The notes under the pieces: model-generated
The model's database searches: none
The model's input: only the letters and a program-made list of their open reading frames with translations
What the model was told of the DNA's origin: nothing
Made by a program: the position numbers and the translations under genes
In this document: positions 30,907 to 49,275 of the stretch, piece by piece
Layout of the letters: every line of letters begins with the position of its first letter
Position numbering within the stretch: position 1 is the first letter of the stretch
Assembly: GCF_009914755.1 (NCBI RefSeq)
Contig: NC_060936.1
DNA from: the human T2T-CHM13v2.0 reference genome, Homo sapiens
DNA: 64,000 nucleotides
Strand: one strand, 5' to 3'

Positions 30907-31781
30907 GTAGTACTAGCACCTGCTTCCTAAGTGCTCACCTTGTAAAACAATAATTGCCATCAGTGCCAAACAAGTCAACTTGCACTCACAGAAGCAATGA
31001 ACAAAAATCTAATTTGAGTTAAGGAGAGGCCATGGGATACTTGGGAAGCAGCTGTAGGTTTTAAATGGGGATAAACTGATACATTATCAAAATGATGTGA
31101 CTACAAACCCAAATGTACAACTTACTAGCTCTGGGACCATGAGCAAGTTTCTTAAATCCACCTGAACTTTGTTTTCTGCTTCTGCAAAACAGACTACCAT
31201 TACCTGTGCTAGCTATGTCATGGTGGCACCAGTAAGATCATATCAGCTGATGGATGTGAAAGCACTAGATAAATAGCTGTATAAAGTCTTATCCCAATAA
31301 CACTTTGGAATTCAGTTGAGTAAATATGCTTTTCAGCTCTTTCATTTATTCCTTTCCATTTTTACAGTACTTGTTATATCAGAATTCTGTTCCATTACCT
31401 AACACTTGCCACTGTGATTGAACTGCTGTCTGTCACTCTCTACCAAGAATTCTAGATTGTTGGTTCCCAGAAAGCTGGGCTCATTTCTTATTCAATTTGG
31501 TATTCCCCAAGAACCTAGCCTGGCACATAGCAGATATGATTAACTGAACTCAAGTTAATATAAAGGGATATACTATATACTTTATAATATTTACATTATA
31601 ATATTACAAATATTATGATGTAATATTATAATGTTACTCAGTCATTTTAATATGTTTCCATAAAATGTGAGGGCAATTTTTAAAGCCTAGCAACATAACT
31701 AAGTAGCAATTTAAAAGTGGAGACTTCAAAATTCATGGCCACTGATCACATAAATTTCAGTTAAATGCTACTATTATATCA

Positions 31782-31928
<147 letters not shown>

Positions 31929-32598
31929 CTATGAAAATAACATTAAAGTATTCCGCAATTAGTAGTACTGTTACGTCCCCGCTTTACAAAAGTTAGCAAA
32001 ATGGCAGTGTCACACATCTGAAGTCTGCATTGCTCAAACTTTGAAGTCTGCACTTTGCTGACTGAATCATCTCTCTTCTTAAAATAACAGAACTTGTCAT
32101 GTTTTAAATATAGCTATTTACATTAACTATTATATCCAGAGAGCTAATATTTAACTTCTGGTTGTCACTAAGCAAGTAAAATCACAATCTAGGACAAGTG
32201 AAATCAAGTAATAGTAAAAAGAAAAATGCAATAGAAGATTGAGAAGTCAAGGAATCACTTAGAAAATGAAACAAACAAAAAAAAAAAACAGACATGGAAA
32301 ACAGGAGGAAAAGTTTTTAAAAAAATTAAGAGACACAGTCCAGATGTGATTCTCCATATCAGGAAATACAAACAGAAAAAAAAATAGTAAGGAGAAATTT
32401 ATCAAAAAAGTAAAACAATAAATTGCCCCAAACTGAAGGAAATGAGCTTCCTGATTCAAAGCCCAGAAATTAAAACTTTAGAAAGCACATATTATAAAAT
32501 TTCAGAATATTCTAGATGAAAGAAATTATCCTAAATGTGATTAAAGTCTAATGAACTATAGTAATATCAGAATAATTTTTTTATCAATATTTCAGTTA

Positions 32599-32899
32599 CA
32601 GTCATGCATCGCTTAACATGGATATATTTTGAGAAATGTGTCGTTAGGCAATTTCATCCTTGCTTGAACATCATTGAATGTACTTAGGCAAATCTAGATG
32701 GCATAGCCTATTGCTCCAAGGCCACAAACCTATACAGTTTGCTAATGTAGTGAATACTTAGGCAATCATGACACAATGGAATTATTTGTATCTAAACATA
32801 CAAAAGGTACAGTAAAAATACGGTATTATAATCTTAGGAGTGCACCATCGTATATGCAATCTGTCATTGACTGAAATGTTGTTATGCAGCACATGACTG
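32599..32899 (-). mobile_element. Tigger3a (TcMar-Tigger MITE)
   Basis: TIRs cagtcatgc...catgactg with TA target duplications at 32597-32598 and 32900-32901. Confidence 0.85.
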
Positions 32900-32943
32900 T
32901 ACAAATAAAACTGAACTCCATATTTTGGAGTTTATTTAGATTA

Positions 32944-33225
<282 letters not shown>

Positions 33226-33319
33226 TCAAGAGACCCAGGGTAATACCTAAATCAGGTTCTAGATACACACTTGCTCTGTGGTAAGTTACAAAGCTGTACC
33301 TAAATAATGTTCACCAATA

Positions 33320-33612
33320 TATCAGTTTCCCAAGAGTAATATAAGGATAAGAAGTCCTGCACAGGAGAGAACTGTCCTGTGCAGAAACTATCCCAAAATA
33401 CTAATAGCCCCCACTGAGAAATTCTAATTATACATACACTTGGTCATCAGAATGACTTGGAAAACATGAATCAGTTCTCATGACAAGTTATAAAAAATCA
33501 TGTACGTGAAGACTATCCCGAATACTGATGGGGCCCCTTCCCTGCCCCAGGCCATCTCTACCACCCTCCCTTGCCATGTGTACAATATCCAATCCTCCCA
33601 CTGAAACATTGC
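33320..33612 (+). mobile_element. MER20-like hAT-Charlie fragments (two adjacent)
   Basis: gcacagga...cccaaaatactaatag...ctgagaaa resembles the MER20 end; degenerate. Confidence 0.45.
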
Positions 33613-34150
33613 TGAATAGAGGCAAACTACGTTCACGTTCTTCATAAAGCTGAACTTACTTTCAAAGGTTTATTTGAACTTTGATCAGAACACTGAACAA
33701 ATGAGACGTCTGTTATCACTCACTAGAAATACTACTTGCTACTTTCAAAACTAGGGGAATCAGAATCCCAGAGGTGAAAGGAATCATGAAGTCATTCAGT
33801 CCAACTCCCCTAAACTTAAATATGTGGAAACCTGAGCCTTGACAGATCACACACCTTGCCCAGGTTTCCATGGCAAGTTAGGAGCAAAATCAAAACTGGG
33901 CCCAGGTCTCTTTATGCCCAGCCTATCCTAGGGCCCCACAATGATTAACATGTTTCCTAACCTAAAATTCTGAAAACTACAGTCAATAGGAACACCTAAA
34001 AAGGACAAGAATAAATTCCTACAAAATTCTGAGAGGGCAAAACCTCAGAATTCCAAACCCTGAACCCTCAGACATGGAGATGCATCTTCATTAGGGAAGA
34101 AAGTAAATGAAATTATTTGAGAAGATGTCTAAAAGGTATTTTGGCTTTAC

Positions 34151-34316
34151 CTTGTATCTGGTTAGAAATTAAAGACTGAAGAGCAAGGGCAGCTTCAACT
34201 TTGACAGGCATCTCTTTATCTTCAATCAGGCTCTTCTTCGCTAATTCAACGGCATTTCTTAGATTGAGCTCATTATGGAACTTCAAAGAACTAAATGCAT
34301 GAAGTACCCAGCAAGA
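34151..34316 (-). CDS. IPO8: IPO8 exon 14 (166 nt)
   Basis: AG/GTAAA; [16 protein letters not shown]...LISNQIQ. Confidence 0.96.
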
Positions 34317-35239
34317 CTGTATTATTAAAAAAGGTAAGTAGGGAGCTATTAGGATTATAGCATTCTGTAATAATATCACAGATATAAGAACTTCTTAGTA
34401 AAATATCAATTCTATGAAGAAATGTTTGCTTTTGGGGTAACACAGTAGCCTTAGTTTCTAACTTCTACATCCCCCTTTTTACAAGTAAGGCATTTTCATT
34501 ACTTCTAAATTACCCATATGCAATAACATTTTTCATAGGAAAGAGAAAAAGAAGCCAAATATGTCTTTGACAAAAATCTATTTACGCTTTTAATAAATAT
34601 TATAACTCATAATTAATTTGTTATATGTAAAAGCAACTCCAAACCAGTATCTGAAATTCATTTGTCACACTTAGGTAAAACATTATTTTCCCTTACACTA
34701 ACTGGTTTAGTAAGCTTCCTTTTTTTCACTCTCATAGGTACCAAAAATTTTAAACCTGGTATAGATGATCACATTTTAACTATTAGACCACAGAATCATT
34801 ATTATATTTTACTCTCTGTGTGCATCAAACACAATCAACAGAAATTAATTCTAGTTACTAAAGACTTTTAGCAAGAGAATCACAATTCATATAACTTCTC
34901 AAAGGTAGGAGCCCCACTGTAAAAATGCTCATGTGCCCTCAGCGTCCCTAGTCCACATTTGCCCAGATATTGCGCTAGTAACTATTATTTTATAAAATGC
35001 TTTCTAGTGTACAAGGCATTGTTAATATATGTTGTTTTTAGCAAGACATTTTTGTGTTGATATATTTATAAAGAGAAATGCTAGGCTCTTGAATAAAAGT
35101 CCTGTTTCTATTTCTCCATAAAATATATTGATTCTAAAAGAATATACACATAGAGCACAATTTCACATGGATTATTAATCTCTCCATTTTACTAAGGCAA
35201 ATCTACCTAATATACTGAAAATCAAATTCAAGTTCTTAG

Positions 35240-35717
<478 letters not shown>

Positions 35718-35851
35718 TAATAGTCTGTCCTTTATTCAGCTGATGTGACCATAGGCAGACATTCTAATTGACTCTATTTCATCTCAATATGTGGCAAAAG
35801 GTCAATTTATCCAAAAAACATTTATTTGAATAATTATCTTATGAAGATTTA

Positions 35852-35971
<120 letters not shown>

Positions 35972-36372
35972 CTATTAGGAAACAAATTTCAACTTATCAA
36001 TTTCTTTTTCATACGTAAGAATCACTTCCTAATCAAGTGTGTTTACTATGACTTGCATTTAATATACTTCTAATTTTGTAAAATTATTTGACCTATATAT
36101 TGCATGTTTTAAAACAAGACAAATATTACCTTATATCAGTTTGATATTGATTGATTTTGTAGACATAAGATACTTTGTATCCCTTTCACATATCAATAGT
36201 TTCATACTGAAAACTTTAAACAGTCAAATTTTCTTTTTAATTAAAGAAATAGATGACAGAAAGGAGGATAGTTGTGAACTCAATTATCCAGAGGTAGTCA
36301 CCAGCTTTAAATTAGCCATAACTTTCATATTCTCTCATTTGCCTGTACTTTACAATGTTATTAAGTAAATTA

Positions 36373-36507
<135 letters not shown>

Positions 36508-36818
36508 CTAAAGAAACAGAAGAATCCATTTAGTCTACATGAACTTTCATTGTCTTACTATAGTATTAACTATGATGCACAAATTTTTAAAAATAAAGCC
36601 ATTTTATTATGTTTTATCAAGCAACTATAAGCTCAATAAGAAAAGTATAATTTATTAAGAAAACGAAATAACCATGATACCCCCTTTCCCCTCACCAGGA
36701 GAGGAAAAAAAAAATCCTTAAGGTGACAAATTATAACGAATAACAACATAATTTCTCAAATACTAGGGATATACTAGAGTATCAACTCAACACAGGCCAC
36801 CTTTCAGTTTTGGATTTA

Positions 36819-36929
<111 letters not shown>

Positions 36930-37219
36930 TTAAAACCATGTTAGTGAAAATATAATTACTTATTCTAGATTTTAAACCTGACTGACCGCTATTCCAAACC
37001 AAAAAAATAAAACCATCCACATATGACACTGCTTGACAGTACTAAAAAGGTAAGGATATACAGTGGCACCACAACATTGCTGTCTCCTGCACAAAACAAT
37101 GTTCCTCAAACTCTACAGGTTGTCCTTTCAAACTATTATATTGAAGAAAACAATGCATTTACACATCTGTTTCACTGAGAACAGAAAAAGTGCTTTATTT
37201 CTATCAAAAAACAACAAAA

Positions 37220-38050
37220 ATTCACTCAGCTCTTACTATGTGCCAGGTACCATTCTAGACCCCGGGGATACAAAGATCAAACAAAAAGGTTCTCACGGAG
37301 CTTATGTCGTGAAACAAAGAAACACATTATACATATATACACACATAATAAGTCAGGCTAAGAACAAATGTAAAATAGGGTAAAGAGACAGAGTGACAGA
37401 GTATGGGGTGCTAGTTTAAATAGGGTGTTAGCAAAAGCCTCTCCAACTCTGTTAAGGTAACATTTAAGCAGAAATTGAATGAAATGAGGGAGAAAGCAAT
37501 CCATGGATAAAGTACTCCAAGCAGGTGAAACAGCAAGTATAAAAGCCTTGAAGGACTGCTAGGACCATGCCTGGCTCTGTCGATACGTAAGTTCAGCAGG
37601 TTTTGTTGAATATATACCTATCTAAAACTTAACATATCACTTAATACCATGAACATTTTCACAAGTTTCAGAATAGGCAGTTTTACATAAGAAACTGAAG
37701 TCTTGAGAGGTATCTGATAAGTCCTTGTTTAAATACAAAAGATAAAACCAAATCTAAGTCTACCTCAAAATATAAAATACAAACATAATAAGAACATTTT
37801 TGGAGTACTGTACTTACTCTGTGCCAAGCAGTATGCTACAGTTTTAGAAGCATCTTGTATTCTATGCTAAGCAGTTAGTTCATGTGTATTATCCCATTTA
37901 ATCCTCCCAGCACTATTATCATCACCCGTTTGACAGCTGAAAGCACTGAATTTTAGAGAGGTTAAGTAACCTGTCCACAGTCACACAGCAGGTAAGTGAC
38001 CAAACCAGCATTCACACCCACGCTATCTTAACATCAAAGCCTGAGCTCTT
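37220..38050 (-). mobile_element. L2 and MIR fragments
   Basis: tactatgtgccagg...; agaggttaagtaacctgtccacagtcacacagc. Confidence 0.65.
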
Positions 38051-38566
38051 GTTAGTTCTTACCAAATCAAAAAACATTATTGGGGGAAGTGAGGAGATGT
38101 TGGTTAAAGAGTAGATAAAAAGAATAAACTAAAACATTATTATTAATCAGTCAATACATTTAGATAGGAATGCTTTGTTTCACGTAAATAATTGCAAGTG
38201 CCAAACATATAAAAAGAAAATGCAGTAATTGTTCTTCCCTATGGTTACCCAAAAGTAAAATACACATATCAAATAAAAGCCACTGCATTCCAGTCTACAG
38301 AAGGAAACGATTAAAGAAAACTCACTTCAGCTAGTCAGTCTTGAGTTACCCATATCCGCTTTTAAACAATAAAATGTAAATTCCCACTGTTAATCAACAG
38401 ACATAGAGTTCTTATTTTCTAAAAACTAGGGTATGTATACCTATCTTATCAGATATGAAGAATATATAAATAATGGTAACTTTCTGAAAGCTAAACAAAT
38501 ACTCTGTACATCACAAAAACACATAGGTATTATGAAAGAAGTAAACACTAAAAGAATGCCTTGCAA

Positions 38567-38742
38567 GGCAAGAGGATCACTTAAGCCAGGAGTTCGAAAC
38601 CAGCCTGGGAAATACAGGGAGACCCTGTCTCTGCAAAAAATAATTAGCCAGGTGTGGTGGCACATGCCTGTGGCCCCAACTACTTGGAGGCTGAGGTGGG
38701 AGAGTCACTGGAACAAAAAAAAGAGAGAGAGAGAGAGAGAGA
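38567..38742 (+). mobile_element. Partial AluJ ending in (GA)n
   Basis: gaggatcacttaagccaggagttcg...ggaggctgaggtggg. Confidence 0.8.
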
Positions 38743-39839
38743 AGAATGGTTGGCTAATCACTCAAAGCAAACTAGAAAAACAAAGGCATAAGAAAGGGGA
38801 AATAATAAGTTACACATATGAATAATGATTTTCAAAAGAAAAATAACAAATCAAGCAGATGATAAATGTTTCTCATTGATTTGCTTTTCTGATACTTTGT
38901 CTCCAAGAGAAAACAGGATCCTCACTTACTGAATCAAATAATATAAACACAAAGCTCTGTAAAAACACAGCCCAAAAAACTAGCATCTGTACCAGTAGGT
39001 TTAGCTTACGTAGCTAGACACACCTGGCTCAACTAAGGGGAAAGCACTGCTTCATTACAGCACTTTCAGCACGCAGCGCTAGATTTAGCAATCATTTCTT
39101 TCAACATGTATTGAAGGCATACTGGAGGCCAAGCACTAGTGGAGGAATGCAGAGGTGTAGAAGAGACAGAAAATGCAAAATTAAGCAAATAAGGTAAAAT
39201 TCCTGTCCTGAGAAAGCTTCTAAGTTGTGGGAGATAGGTATGCAAATTAATATTTTGCTATGTTAAGTGCTTGAGTGTTCCATGAAGCAATTAATACAAA
39301 CTGGGAATAAAAGGGAATAAATCAGGCCACCTACACAATTCAACAGTTTCCAGGAAGATCCAAGTTAAAAGGACACCCAAAGAATTGGACCACACACAGT
39401 AGGGCCCCCATACGAAATTTATTTCCCTTGTGGAACACTTAGTCTCTCAGACAAGCAAGCAAACCAAATTGGGGTACCCCTAAAATATGCAGAAATCCAA
39501 AGTATTTCCCACATGAGAACAACCCAATCTATAAATGAGTCTCCCAAAAGGCACAAAAACGGATGGTCCCTGCAGATCAGCATCGCAACAGCATAAGTAA
39601 CAGATGGCTCAACTTGAGCACCCGTAAGAGAGATGAATGAGGTGGCTTTTCATCTCCCACATCCGACAATCTCCAGTTCTCTAGTTCAACAAAATAACAT
39701 CAAACTCTCAAAGTTTCAGATTATGTCATGCAAAACAGAACCTGGGAGATTTAATAAAGTAATAACATTTGCTTAAAAATATAAATTTAGTTATATTACT
39801 TTACATATCCAGGAACTGATGAGAAATAAAACCATCTCA

Positions 39840-39944
<105 letters not shown>

Positions 39945-40171
39945 CTAAAATGAGAAAAAAAAAAAAACGTAACAAATGGGTATAGGCTATTCAAGTTTGA
40001 GGAATACTAATAATGTACTTGTTGACAGCCTTTATGATGTTAGTTTTCCAAACTCTGTGTGTGTGTAAAATGTCAAGTCGAGGTTATATTTACTATTATA
40101 GTTCTTATTTTGAAATTTTTTTTAACATTTCCATTTTAGTCCTAAATGTCCATGTATTAACAATATTAAAG

Positions 40172-40440
40172 GGCCAGGCATGGTGACTCATGTCTGTAAT
40201 CCTACCTCTTTGGAAGCCCAAGGGCAGAAGGATCGCTTGAGGACAGGAGTTCAAGACCAGCCTGGGCACTGTAGCGAGACCCCATCTCCAAAAAAATACA
40301 TAAAAACGTAGCCAAGCATGGTGGCGTCCATCTTGGAGGGTCTCTTGAGCCTAGGAGCTCAGGGCTGCAGTGAGCCATGATCATGCCACTGCAGTCCAGC
40401 CTGTGCAACAGAGTGAGACTCCAGCTCCAAAAAAAAAAAA
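40172..40440 (+). mobile_element. AluJ with right-arm deletion
   Basis: Diverged Alu with A-tail. Confidence 0.87.
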
Positions 40441-41578
40441 TTGGAATTTTCTTTACTTCTATTCCCAAAAAAACTAATTTCCTACTCCACAAATGTTTCA
40501 GTTAGAGAAAAGTCCTATCTACTAGCCTCTCTGTGCACTGCTACTAATGTCCTATTAAGCCCTTTTAGGCTCTAACAACAATTTATATAAAAACAGGATC
40601 ATCTCTTACCACTTAATTCCAAATTAAATAATTCTAAGTGAAAAAATTCAGCCTAAGGATCAGCGTTTTCTTATTCCTACTTTACAGCTATGTAAAAATA
40701 AAGCCAAAGGTATGAAGTAGAGAAGAAATGTTATCACAACTCACCCTTACTTTACAGGAACACAGCAAATGAAATCAGTATCTTTATTAATTAATTGCAA
40801 AGAAATTATCACTATTTGATCAAAGTGATTAGGCAAATAGTTATTAAGATATCTACATAAATCAAAGAAAAGATATCTGTTGGTAAGACGGGTAATAACA
40901 CTAAAATTCTATCCTGGACAGCAAACAGCAAAGTGAAAGATTTTTCTTTTCAGATATCATTTATAAAATTTAAGAATTCACAGTTTGGGAGAGAGTAGGT
41001 ATTCAGTTCCTAAGACTGTCAAATTATCCAATTATTTGTATACAAGGAAGTATTTATTTATTAGTGGCCTATAATTTTCCATTCCCATTTGTTCTTTAGC
41101 TAAATAACAATACTGAATTCTACCTTTAGGCAAACGATATAGAAACAATGATGCTATTGAACTTAACAATCCAAGAAAATAAATAAAAACCTTGCTCATA
41201 CCTACAAAATAAAACGGTCACATATCAGTCTTCAATTCCTGCAAAATAACACTACCTTAGTAGAGCCCTGGTAAGTTTTCAAAATACTTTCTCACAAAAT
41301 ACCTCATTTAATCCTAGCAACTTTTAGATAAGAATAGAAAAACACTATGTGCCTTAATAGAGGAGAAAATGAGGCTTAATGAGATTAAGCAAGATCAAGT
41401 GAATCCAGGTCTCCCGACTCATAAAACTTGAAGGCTTCACTTTTCTCAAATGCTTAAATTTCTAAGCCCTTTATATCTGACATAGGACTTCACTCATTAG
41501 AAATTATTAATGGTAAAATGTATATATATAAAATGTAAAATATAGGATTAGTAATACTAACTTTGTCTAGAAAACCTA

Positions 41579-41758
<180 letters not shown>

Positions 41759-42053
41759 CTATAAGAAAACAGAAAATACAGACTAACATAAACAATTATA
41801 AGGTTAAAAGGGGGAGGTGCCATTTTTGGCATGACCTAAAATTCAGAATCCATAGAAAAATAAACAGATTTGGGAGAAAAATCAATGTTTTGTAAGAAAG
41901 CTCAGATAAACAGCTTTAATTATTAGATAGGTCCATGTTATATTGAACTAAACGGTGTCTCATTGTAACTTCCAGGCAAAGTCTAAATTTCTATTCCACT
42001 GCTAGCTCTTCAAAGTAAGTTAAAACTCCTGTTTAAAAAATTACAATAACAGG

Positions 42054-42365
<312 letters not shown>

Positions 42366-43635
42366 CAATAACAGATCTGACTAAAGAAACATTAAAAACT
42401 TCCATACAACAAGAGACAGCACAAAGATGTTTCTTTATTTCATAAAGACTTCTTCAAATTAGAAGAGAAAAGTTGTTCAAAAAATAGTATTGGCATAACT
42501 GATTAGCCCCCTGAAAAAATTTAAATTAACTCCCTCAACTTCACACCAAAATAAACTTCAGATGGGGAACTATTTTAACACTGACAAAAAATGATAGCAC
42601 AGGATTCCTTAAAGAAAACATGGGAGAATTTTCTTTTATAATCTCAGATTATAAAAGAAGGTATTTGTAAACACAACACAACTGAGAAGTTATTTTTTAA
42701 AAACTGATTTTTTAAAAACTGATTTAAAAAATTATTTATAAGGAAAAAGCCATGCCAAAGCACCTCTGAACTGGCTCAAGGACCTTTAGGCAACTTTCTT
42801 CACTACAGCAAGTTGCCTTCCAATTCCTGGTCTCCAGAGCTCTTCACCATATCAAGCTTATAAGTGAGTTGCTGAATAAATAAAAAGCATTCTTTCAAAA
42901 TAGGTACAGAAATTATAAATTCAGAATATGGATTTTATTCAAGTTTCCTAAAACTCAGGTTTACCAAATTTGTCGGAAGTCCTGTCATCATGTAGAAACC
43001 CCTTCTGTGATGCAAGCTAGAAATGGATGATACTGAACATGATTCTTTCTAATACAGATGTGGCTCATACAAAGTAGGGGTGATGGGAGATGGGAAATGG
43101 GAGATTCTCTCCCTACACAACAGTGGGGGAGAGAAGAGTCCCTGATAAGAAAACCATTTTTAAGTATCAGGAATATATCCTTAAATAACCATGGTACCAA
43201 GAGTTTATAACACGGATATAATGGCATTTTTATATGTGTATACATGTATACACACACATACATGTTTATGACACTGAAAAAACAATTGACTCACCACACT
43301 TCAAGTGGGAATTAACTTTAAGATACTTTAAGGAGTTTAACATTAGTGGACAGCACTGGGAGGGGCAGAAGACAGATGACCAGCTTCCTGATTGTCCTGG
43401 TTTTATTCACTAATTTTCCCTATAGATTGTCTCACCAGCCAACAAAATAACTTGTGAGAAATTCAACTATATAACTACAACTTTCCTGAACTGTTGCATT
43501 GTACTTTTTAGAAAGCATTCTACTAGGCAAAATGATAACACATAAACGGAAGTATTCCATCTCAAGACAACAGGTTCTAAGTACTTAACATTATAATGCT
43601 GACAATAAAGAGCTATTTAAAAAAAAAAAATCTAG

Positions 43636-43943
<308 letters not shown>

Positions 43944-44650
43944 CTATGTCAGTAAAGCTTTTCCCTATGTCTAATTAGTCTTTGCTTCCTCAATATGGTC
44001 CTGACACAGCCAGTGGTCAATAATTAATAAATTTTATTGAAACATAAAAATATGATTTAAATGGCAACACTGATCAACCAATTTTCATGGACCACTTGTC
44101 CTTTGTAGCTTTTAAAATTTTTAAACATTATGTCAACTTGGATTGTTTCAGGAACTAATTTTCACTATATAGAATGGTCCCCAAACTTCCATAGAAATGT
44201 TTAAGTTCTCAGCTAAGAGTCTTGACGTCTAGTAAGCTCAACTACTCTTCATACAGACCAATTCATATTATATAAGTCTTCTAAAATAAAAACTTACAAC
44301 AAAGAGGTGAAGAAATAAAGATCAAAAAACTCATAAGAGGTCAGAGAATTGATAGAAGAACCCAATCTAATACTGGTGACTGCTACACCACTATCAACTT
44401 AAAAGGTTTGAGTCCAGAGTCTAGGATTCAGTTCTGGTGGTGGCTGTCTCGGGACATTTGGTTCTAAAACTAATTGCACTGGAAACTTGGTTTTAAAACT
44501 AATTGCACTGTAATACATTCCCAGAACTGTCCTTCCATCCTCTATAAATATGTAATGAATTAGTATGTTTGTAACCTACTTCCAGTAGACAGAAATGCCT
44601 TTACTTTCAGTAGTAACCATTATTCTATTTTAAAAGCATAAGTTTATTAC

Positions 44651-44735
44651 CTGCTGAATGCCCACTGCATAGGTTTTCAAAAAGAATTCAGAAAATTCAA
44701 AGTATTCTTTTGTGACATTTCCTGGGCTTCCATAT
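44651..44735 (-). CDS. IPO8: IPO8 exon 8 (85 nt)
   Basis: AG/GTAAT; [28 protein letters not shown]. Confidence 0.96.
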
Positions 44736-45318
44736 CTTAAAATACAAAGAGAAAATGTACAAATACCGTGAATTTTACAAACAGCATGCTTGCTAATAAT
44801 TTAAATATAGTCCCTTATTCAAAGATGGATTCTACTGGGACAGAAAACTAACACTGCCTTTTTTTCCCACAAGCCACAAAATGAAATCAAGATAACCTGT
44901 ACTTAGACTATGGGCCATACTGTAAAGTTTCAGACAGAAGCTTTCACTTGCTAAACCAAGAGCTCCTAAAGGGTGAATATTGGAAATTAAAATGTTACAA
45001 CTGACATAGATTTTTTTCAATAAATGCTTTTAAAATTAAATTTGACATTATTACGGAGTTGAGTGACCATGCAACTTCTTGCATAATTCTTAGATATTAC
45101 CAATGGGCTGAACAATGTTATTTTTCCAAGTTTTTCACAGAAGAATAGAAAAGATCCAGAGAAGACCACCCACTTCATTATGATCTCAAAGCCAATGATT
45201 AAAATTAAGCTACTTTAAACAGAGTGACTCTTGGCTCTCGGTGGCTCTAAAGACAGATAATCATATCTGATACTGAGATACTGGCTGTATGATCATCAAT
45301 GTAATAAACAGATAATTA

Positions 45319-45414
<96 letters not shown>

Positions 45415-46206
45415 CTAACAGGACAAAATTACCCAGATTAAAGTTCTGCATAATAAAAGGATTTATGTGAATAACAAAGGCAAGATAAATCTTGATATAG
45501 GTTAAGTCATATTAAATGTGAAGTTAGATTGCTATACAAATGAAAATTCTTTATAGATTGCTAGGCAGGAATTAAATAAGCAAAGTAAATTTCAACTAAA
45601 CAATGCTGCTGTTCACATTTACCTCCTGTCTTCAAAAGGCCTAAATAAGTAGAGGACAAAATACAAAACACCATGGTTCCTTCAGGACACTCTGAGATGA
45701 TGAAAGGGTTCTACATTTTTATCTGGGTGATAACACAAGTGTATGTCAAAATTCACTGAACTAGTCATTAAGTTCTGTGCATTTATGTATGTAAGCTAAA
45801 TGTCAAAATACTTTGTCTCACGATATGGACAAGAGAAATAATACTGCACATTTTAAGACAAACTAAAATTTTAATAGATACAAGAACTAATGTGATAAAT
45901 TAAAGATAGTATTATTGCAGATCAAAATGAAACACATCTTTTCCCTATCAAATGGACAAACTTAGAATTAAGTGTGTACCCATAACAGGCATTCTCAGTC
46001 ACTGCTTATTAAAGTGTAACTGAGGGCACACTTTATTGCAGAGCACTCTGCAAGATTAGTGAAAAGCCTTCCATGTTTCTAGTTTATCCAAAGAAAATAA
46101 TCATATATGTGCACAAAAATTTAAGTACATTCTTAAGAGTTAAAACACTAAAAAATTAAAGCCTAAACATCCAGCAAGTAAAACATTCAACAAAAATGAC
46201 AGTATA

Positions 46207-46606
<400 letters not shown>

Positions 46607-46617
46607 TTATCAATACG

Positions 46618-46886
46618 TTTTTTTTCTTTTTTGAGATAGGGTCTTGCTCTGTCCCCCAAGCATAGTTTGCTGCAGCCTCAAACTACCAGTGATCCCCCCA
46701 CCTCAGCTTCCCAAGTAGCTGGCACATGCTACCACATCTAGCTATTTTTCTTTTTTCTTTACATTTTGTAGAGTCAAGGTCCCACTATGTTGCATAGATT
46801 GGTCTTGAACTCCTGGCCTCAAGTGATCCTCCCAGCTTGGCCTCCCAAAGTGCTAGGATTACATGTGTGAGACACCATGCCCAGCC
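46618..46886 (-). mobile_element. AluJ
   Basis: Diverged Alu, reverse orientation. Confidence 0.85.
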
Positions 46887-47131
46887 AACGTATACTACTT
46901 TTATAAATTAAATATGTTGTATATAGATGCAGAGGAAAAAAAGACTAAAGAAATAAAGTTTTAAAAACAGTTTTCATTTTTGGTAGGATTTAAATTGCTT
47001 ATCTAAGCTTTCTAAAAATGGTATTATGAATTATTTTATTAATTTATTTTATTAAAGTAGTAAATTTTTTCAAAGAGCAGTCAGGGATAATGCATCAGTC
47101 TACAGCAAACATTCCAAACCCGTTTCCCCTA

Positions 47132-47311
<180 letters not shown>

Positions 47312-47556
47312 CTATATTGTAAGGCTAAAATATATGAAAGGGCTAACATTTGAGAATGAAAATAGCAATCTTGTATGGTTCAACCTAACTTAAAACAGAT
47401 TCATACGACCATATAGAACTTAAATTTTTAAATTTAGAAGACTACCTGCCATGAGTTGTTTCTTGGGTCTACTTTTTAAAAGGAAAAACAAATGAATACC
47501 ACTGAGGTCTCATTTATTCAGCATGAGATTCTAAGTGAGTGATTTTTATGACTTAC

Positions 47557-47580
47557 CCCTTTGAGGGTCAAACTTTCCAT
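47557..47580 (-). CDS. IPO8: Coding part of alternative first exon of N-terminally truncated IPO8 isoform (MESLTLKG)
   Basis: taaaATGG strong Kozak context, 24 nt, then GGG|GTAAGT donor; phase 0 matches exon 6; predicted product 832 aa, matching my recollection of an annotated isoform 2. Confidence 0.8.
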
Positions 47581-47848
47581 TTTAACCACCTTGATGAAAA
47601 TATTTATTTCATTAAACACTCATGAAACATTTTTTTAAATTACTTTCCTCTACACTGTAGCATAATAACTACAGTCCACTTTGTACTAAACAGATATATG
47701 GCTCACCTCTGCTGTACTGTGAGTTGCAGAAGACGGATATTGCCTCCACATCCATTCAGTACAAAACATGCTACATGCTACAGACATAATAAGATAGACA
47801 ATCTTTGCCCTCACGAAGCTTACACTCTAACTGGAAAAAATGTATATA

Positions 47849-49275
<1,427 letters not shown>

